Of a DNA stretch of 64,000 nt, positions 58,782 through 64,000 are shown piece after piece. Position numbers and translations under genes: made by a program. The stretch is taken from the IMG/VR virus record IMGVR_UViG_3300001528_000621, positions 64,001 to 128,000 of that record. The stretch is one strand, 5' to 3'. The DNA comes from a virus. Taxonomy: Duplodnaviria > Caudoviricetes. The notes below the pieces were generated by a model, which saw nothing but the letters and a program-made list of their open reading frames with translations, was not told the DNA's origin and made no database searches. The number at the start of each line of letters is the position of its first letter. The stretch's first letter is position 1.

Positions 58782-59219
58782 ATGGCACAGTACAACAACA
58801 TCAGTAAGAAGGACGCAAAGGCTCTCAACAACAAGCAGACAGTTCTTATCGAGACTATCGAGTATCAGAAAGAGCTGAAAGACGGCACCAAGAAAACGGT
58901 AAAAGAGGTAAATGTATATCTCAACAATTCAAAGAGAAGGAGTGAAGCTTACTACGGAATGTTCAAAGACGAAGACAAGAACTTTGCATTCTCAAAGAAG
59001 AAGGACCTAGTCCAGAAAAGCTACAGACTTCTGAAATTCTTTAGAGCTCTCGAAGAAATCGGAGAAGCAGGAGCAAAGGAAGGAGTAAAGTTCTTTAAGA
59101 GTGAGAATTACGTAGAAGATGTAGTAGTAGAGGAGAAGAAGGAAGAAACTCTTGAGACGCCAGCTGAAGAGGTGGAGGTTGAGATACCTAAACAAACAGA
59201 AGAGAAAATAGAGGCATAA
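58782..59219 (+). CDS. early protein, paralog of 53720
   Basis: high identity to 53720 over ~100 aa; acidic tail. Confidence 0.8.
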   Translation: MAQYNNISKKDAKALNNKQTVLIETIEYQKELKDGTKKTVKEVNVYLNNSKRRSEAYYGMFKDEDKNFAFSKKKDLVQKSYRLLKFFRALEEIGEAGAKEGVKFFKSENYVEDVVVEEKKEETLETPAEEVEVEIPKQTEEKIEA

Positions 59220-59340
59220 AAAGAATAAAAAAGAAGAAGCTGGCCACGAAAAGGTCAGCTTTTCTTATTATTTTTAGCTTAGAAGAAAAGAAATAAAACA
59301 ATAACAGAACACATTATTAACAAAAGTCGTCACCAAGGTT

Positions 59341-59586
59341 ATGAAAAAGCAAACAAAAAGATCAAGACCATTCTTCAGCACAACACAAGAAAAAGTAGCA
59401 GCTATTATCTGGGTAAGTTGGATAGGTCTTCTCACAATACTTCTCATTCTAAACAAAGTATCGGATAATTCATACTTGTTTCATTGCTTAGTGGCATCTC
59501 TTATCTGTACATTGATAGCTGAAAGCAAAAGTGAGAACTTTGAGAAAAGTGTAGATGAATTGCTAGAAGAAGAAAATAGAAGATAA
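59341..59586 (+). CDS. small membrane protein
   Basis: two TM segments. Confidence 0.55.
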   Translation: MKKQTKRSRPFFSTTQEKVAAIIWVSWIGLLTILLILNKVSDNSYLFHCLVASLICTLIAESKSENFEKSVDELLEEENRR

Positions 59587-59657
59587 TAATGCCTAGTAGT
59601 CTTTTAGAACACACAAAATTATATTATCTTTAGCTTAGAAGAAAAGAAATAAAAGAT

Positions 59658-59837
59658 ATGTCAGGCAACAAAAAAGAAGTACATTATCTCACTCCTTACG
59701 AGGCAGGTGCTAGGGATGCTAAAGCAGGCATATATGATAAGTGGTATAGATGGCACAATAGGGGTGAGGAGTATGATAAGGGTTGGAAAGAGAACAAGGA
59801 TGAGACTCTAGACTATAAGGTGATTGAGGGTTACTAG
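59658..59837 (+). CDS. small hypothetical protein (not in ORF track)
   Basis: promoter upstream; 59 aa. Confidence 0.55.
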   Translation: MSGNKKEVHYLTPYEAGARDAKAGIYDKWYRWHNRGEEYDKGWKENKDETLDYKVIEGY

Positions 59838-59854
59838 ACCAAAGCTCTTCTGAG

Positions 59855-60005
59855 ACTTAAAGGTGACGTCGTCGTACTGAAACCTCTGACCTCAAGGTTA
59901 GGTAAAGGTGAGATCAAGGTGACGTCACGGTTGTCTCAAGGTTAGGTCACATTGACGGTTATTTTCACTAAAGGGGGGAAACCGTTAGGAGGTCGCAAGG
60001 TTAGT
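59855..60005. repeat. short direct-repeat cluster (AAGGTGACGTC x2, CTCAAGGTTAGGT x2, further AAGGT units)
   Basis: seen directly in non-coding DNA. Confidence 0.75.
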
Positions 60006-60273
60006 AGGTCCTGATTCTCCTATATTTTTTCAAGGCCTGCCCCGATTTCATTGAAACTCAACTAGTTATGCCTAAATTACCAAATTTTAAGAAAGTTTTG
60101 CTAACTCCAAAGTTCAACCAAGTCACCCCGCCCTAAAGAATCTATATTTCAGAGCCTCGACTTAGTGTAATTTCGCCCGGACTTGAAAATTTTTTTGGGC
60201 CAAAAATTCTTTAATATACTGAGCGTAACTAATTATCTAAAGAAATTATTTTTACATAAGATATAACAATACT

Positions 60274-60708
60274 ATGCAATCAACTAAGTTTGTATTAGAA
60301 GACTATTCGGCTAAGAAGGACCAAACAATGGAAGCTCTTAAGAAAGCTTTAGTCGGTTCTCCTTGGAATCCTAGAGACGTCGTTGACTGGGTTCAAGAGC
60401 AATTTGCGAATAGAGCTGAAGAGTCTGGACCTTCTGACCATTATTGTGATTTTTCTTCTGATAGATACGGAATCGAGTATGAGGATGGAAGTCAAGATTT
60501 CGACGTAGATGCTGACCTTGAAGAAGAAGGATACTATCTTCATCTCGAGGGTCACGGCAATGCTACGGTTTCTGGAGTAGAACCTGCTACATATGACTAT
60601 CCTGGATATGCTGGAGATATCGACTATGTTATAGGAGACGCTACTCTGTCTATCTATGATCCGGACGATAAGGAAACTACTCTCGACATTACTTCAATTG
60701 TAGAATAA
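60274..60708 (+). CDS. acidic hypothetical protein
   Basis: 144-aa ORF; PATYDYPG. Confidence 0.7.
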   Translation: MQSTKFVLEDYSAKKDQTMEALKKALVGSPWNPRDVVDWVQEQFANRAEESGPSDHYCDFSSDRYGIEYEDGSQDFDVDADLEEEGYYLHLEGHGNATVSGVEPATYDYPGYAGDIDYVIGDATLSIYDPDDKETTLDITSIVE

Positions 60709-60714
60709 ATCAAT

Positions 60715-61272
60715 ATGGCAGAAAAAAAGACAACTAGGACACCAAAAAAGACAGCTGCAATAGCTGAGCTTGAAAAAACTATTAAGGTTACTAAGAAAGA
60801 AATTACTGAAGATACTGAAACCAGAGAGGAAATCGCTGCCCCTTCTGTAGAGGAAATTACTCAACCTAAGGAGGAAATTACTGTTTCTGAGGATCTCGCA
60901 AAACCTTCGGTTAAGTCTCCTGAAGAAGTCACTGAAGTCCCTGAAATTAAAGAGGAAATCGCCGAAATTGCTACTCCTTCTGTAGAAGAAATCGCTGAAC
61001 CTAAATGCGGTAAGGAGATTGAAGCTACTGCTATTGACACTTCTGAATCTTACAAAAAATTCATAAAAGACCTCTCTAAAGTTGTAGTAGACCTTAAAAA
61101 AGCTAATCCGAATCTTTCGGACGACAAGAGTAAATGGTCTGTAGAAATTGTTAAGGACAATAAACGACATTTAATCTTCAAAGGAGGATATGCTAAAGCT
61201 TTAAGGTGGGCTGAGAATTACTGTAAAGAACATAACATCCCTGAATCGGATATTAGAAAAATAAAGAAATAG
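60715..61272 (+). CDS. Glu/Pro-rich repeat protein
   Basis: PSVEEI..PK repeats. Confidence 0.7.
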   Translation: MAEKKTTRTPKKTAAIAELEKTIKVTKKEITEDTETREEIAAPSVEEITQPKEEITVSEDLAKPSVKSPEEVTEVPEIKEEIAEIATPSVEEIAEPKCGKEIEATAIDTSESYKKFIKDLSKVVVDLKKANPNLSDDKSKWSVEIVKDNKRHLIFKGGYAKALRWAENYCKEHNIPESDIRKIKK

Positions 61273-61274
61273 TA

Positions 61275-62666
61275 ATGAAACTAAAACTAAACCAAGTCGG
61301 TGAAAAATATCGACTTCGAACCGAACAAGGCGGATCTCTTCGACAAATGGGACCTAGAAAACTCTCTAAAAATGTTGCTGAGTATCGTCTCGCTGTTCTT
61401 ACTGGCGAGGAGCCTTATGATTATGTAGATGACCCTACTTCTCCTGAAGAAGCTGCAGCAATCGATGCAGCTATTGAAAAATACATTGCTAGTGTACAAA
61501 GGAGCATTGATAATGCAAATACTCAAATAGCTTCTTACGAACAAAAGATAGCTGCAAGTCAAGCAATCATAGACAATCCGGACTCTACTGAGGAACAAAA
61601 AGAGCAAGCTGCTAAGAACATTGCAATTTACGAAACGTCCATTGCTTCTTACAAGAGCATGATAGTTACCTATGAAGATAACATTAAGAACGCAGCTTCT
61701 AATGTAAATTATGTAACTATCGAGGAAATTCCGGAAGTTCTTACCTTAGGTGATTCCAAGTGTAAATTCACAATTAAGGGAGATTTTGCAGCTAACGAAA
61801 TCACTACAATTCAAGCTAACGAGAAGTTATCTAAACCCTTAACTTTGAACAATACCGGAAATGCTGCTAATCTTGTACTAGATTTAGGTAACTCTGATGC
61901 TGTTCTTTCTGGAAATTGGAACGAAATCTCTATTAAATCTGTAGCTAATCTCAAGATTAATAGCTTTGCTCATGTTGAGAAACTTACCATTTCTAGAGGA
62001 AATGCTCTCGTAAATAACGCTTATGTTGACGATTGCGTCACCGAAGTCGTAGAAGAAGGTGGTTCTGTTGAAGCTAACGCTCCTGTTGAAGCTTCTGATG
62101 TTAAGTCCTTTACTGCTCTTCCTAGAGTCGTTCGGGTAAACAAAGAAATAAATCTTACTCAAATTAAATTAAGTTATTCTAATTCTGGACACCATGTCTA
62201 CGAAAATAACGGAAGAGTTAATTCTGATTACAAGGACGGAGCTCTTCAAGTTTTAGGTATAGCTAAGGTTGACTTTAAGGGACAAGGAGAATGGCATAGT
62301 AATTCCAATCCTACTATCTGGATAGCTAACGTAGATGCTGTAGCTAATGTGTACGACGGTAAATTCTATAACGACGCAAATGAAGCTGAAACGATTTATG
62401 CTGAAAAGGGTACTATCAATATTTACGGAGGAGAATTCCACAATGTTCCTAAAGAAGGAGCTAAGAACTATCTTCTAAACTGTAAGGACGACCAATACAA
62501 GGCTGGAAAGGCTAATATCATCGTTTACGGAGGTAAGTTCTACGAATTCAACCCTGCAGCTAATGGTGCTGAATCTTCTGACGACTCTACCAACTTTGTT
62601 GCTGAAGGATATAAGTCCATCTTCAACGAAGAGGGAGGATATTATGAAGTTGTTAAGGATGAATAG
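61275..62666 (+). CDS. coiled-coil plus beta-repeat protein, possibly virion/surface-associated
   Basis: coiled coil ~aa70-140; repeated I/V-YGG-x-F; FNPA...TNFVAEGY. Confidence 0.6.
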   Translation: MKLKLNQVGEKYRLRTEQGGSLRQMGPRKLSKNVAEYRLAVLTGEEPYDYVDDPTSPEEAAAIDAAIEKYIASVQRSIDNANTQIASYEQKIAASQAIIDNPDSTEEQKEQAAKNIAIYETSIASYKSMIVTYEDNIKNAASNVNYVTIEEIPEVLTLGDSKCKFTIKGDFAANEITTIQANEKLSKPLTLNNTGNAANLVLDLGNSDAVLSGNWNEISIKSVANLKINSFAHVEKLTISRGNALVNNAYVDDCVTEVVEEGGSVEANAPVEASDVKSFTALPRVVRVNKEINLTQIKLSYSNSGHHVYENNGRVNSDYKDGALQVLGIAKVDFKGQGEWHSNSNPTIWIANVDAVANVYDGKFYNDANEAETIYAEKGTINIYGGEFHNVPKEGAKNYLLNCKDDQYKAGKANIIVYGGKFYEFNPAANGAESSDDSTNFVAEGYKSIFNEEGGYYEVVKDE

Positions 62667-62725
62667 AGGAAAACTAAGGAGAAACTTAAGTAAAAACCTC
62701 AAATAATAAAAGATATTACTTCTAG

Positions 62726-62950
62726 TTAAACTAAGGTGTCACCTGCGGATGCCTTAGTTTTCCCTTTGTCTCTAGAATGACGTATGACTTTTCTAATCAA
62801 AGCTACTGGAAGAAACAACAAAACCCAAAGCTCCAACGCAGCTAACATTAGGGGAAAGCATACAATGATTAGTGCTATTTTGAGCCAGAACCACGTCACA
62901 CCTGGTAGTGTGTCCACCCACTCTGTAAAATCGTAACCTAGAATTGTCAT
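62726..62950 (-). CDS. small membrane protein
   Basis: minus-strand TATCTTTAG motif upstream (CTAAAGATA at ~62974); hydrophobic. Confidence 0.6.
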   Translation of the reverse strand: MTILGYDFTEWVDTLPGVTWFWLKIALIIVCFPLMLAALELWVLLFLPVALIRKVIRHSRDKGKTKASAGDTLV

Positions 62951-62992
62951 TTTGCTCCTATTTTTTTCTTGACCTAAAGATATTTAAAGTTT

Positions 62993-63337
62993 TTGACAGT
63001 TTCTATGACTTTTTTGGATTATTTAGTAGAATTTCTTGAAACAGGACGATGTGAACTTCCTGGAAAACAACGAGTTGAAGAAGATTATTTTCTTCGCGCT
63101 GCTTTCGCTTGTTCCATTTTTGAGCGAGAAGTTTACAAGAGGCTTGGTAACGTTTCTGAAAGTTCATATAAAAGATTTTATCATAGTCTTATTTTACTGT
63201 TACATTCGCATCTGAATGATATTTCTTCTTTAGATCTTAAATCAAGAAACGTCTTACTTCGTAATCTAGATTCGGCGGCTGAACTTTTACCTGAATTTTC
63301 TGTTGAAATTTCTATAATCTCTAAATCTCTCCTTTAG
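62993..63337 (+). CDS. hypothetical protein
   Basis: ORF track; start uncertain. Confidence 0.45.
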   Translation: MTVSMTFLDYLVEFLETGRCELPGKQRVEEDYFLRAAFACSIFEREVYKRLGNVSESSYKRFYHSLILLLHSHLNDISSLDLKSRNVLLRNLDSAAELLPEFSVEISIISKSLL

Positions 63338-63477
63338 ATTTGGAATAATCATTATATTGATTTATCTTATCTCTAGATATTTAAGAAGATCTTTAGGCGG
63401 ACTTAATATATCTTCTTACTATGTCTTTCTTTTCTTTCTAAATCTTTAAGGTCAATTTATAAAGTTATAGAAACATT

Positions 63478-64000
63478 ATGACAAATTTAACTGCAGAAGC
63501 TATAGAGAAAAACTACAACCAGTTCATTAACATTATCGAAAAATGTATTTCTAGTCCTCGTAAGGAGAAAATACTGGAAATGATGGAAAAGATAGGTGAT
63601 GAAATGGCTGTCTGTCCTGCTTCTGGGAGAGTCTGGTATCACGGGGCTTATTCTGGTGGATACCTTGTTCACGTTCTCAAGGTCGTAACTGCTGCTATGA
63701 AAGTCAAGAAGCTTTATGAAAGCATAGGCGGTGAGATAGATTTTACGGATGAAGAACTCATCTTTTCAGCTCTGTTCCACGATTTAGGTAAGATAGGAGA
63801 TGGAAATAAACCCAACTATGTACCTCAAGACTCTGAGTGGCACAAAAAGAACCAAGGTATTATCTTCAAGAACAATCCTGAGATAGACTTTATGCTTGTT
63901 CCTCAGCGGTCTCTTTTCGTTCTTCAGAAATTCGGAATTCCTATAAACCAGAAAGAGTATCTTGCTATCTTAACTCACGATGGACTTTACGAAGAGACTA
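63478..64000 (+). CDS. HD-domain phosphohydrolase (3' partial)
   Basis: PAS....YHGAYSGG...H, ALFHDLGKIG, AILTHDG; runs off the window. Confidence 0.85.
   Translation, partial: MTNLTAEAIEKNYNQFINIIEKCISSPRKEKILEMMEKIGDEMAVCPASGRVWYHGAYSGGYLVHVLKVVTAAMKVKKLYESIGGEIDFTDEELIFSALFHDLGKIGDGNKPNYVPQDSEWHKKNQGIIFKNNPEIDFMLVPQRSLFVLQKFGIPINQKEYLAILTHDGLYEET

Noticed and set aside
3206-63672. Most minus-strand and nested short ORFs in the track
   Set aside because: They lie antisense to or inside well-supported + strand genes and lack promoter or start context; only 62726-62950 was kept.
1-64000. Genome-wide stop-codon reassignment (as in Lak or some crAss-like phages)
   Set aside because: Recognisable enzymes are full length in the standard code, TAG and TGA end genes at sensible places, and no CTA/TCA suppressor tRNA was found; only one in-frame TGA was noticed.

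Overview
A 64-kb segment of a large, AT-rich tailed bacteriophage genome. The host is most likely a Bacteroidales bacterium: no Shine-Dalgarno motifs are evident, starts are A-rich (AATTATG), promoters resemble TAnnTTTG, and there is a DUF5020-like gene. Almost all genes are on the + strand and read in the standard code. Layout: (1) 1-9.7 kb: nuclease, four glycosyltransferases, HNH protein, phosphoesterase. (2) 10.0-23.7 kb: a tRNA array of 32 genes covering all 20 amino acids, interleaved with tRNA-like RNAs, other structured RNAs and inserted protein genes. (3) 23.7-40 kb: amidase, nucleotide, RNA-repair and sugar enzymes, a probable preQ1-riboswitch-led queuosine-precursor uptake unit, and an IMPDH/GMP reductase. 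(4) 40-59.8 kb: small early-type genes, each with a repeated promoter cassette, plus DNA ligase and a ~420-nt structured non-coding region. (5) A repeat-rich boundary near 59.9 kb, then probable late genes. Most striking: both Ile tRNAs (GAU and UAU) share a covarying non-cloverleaf architecture in which the D-arm is absent and a D-loop-like GG segment follows the anticodon arm; two circularly permuted tRNA mimics; paralogous ART/Tpt1-fold and HExxH proteins inside the tRNA array; and a phage-borne preQ1-I-like riboswitch. All calls come from reading the sequence by eye; no searches or folding programs were run.
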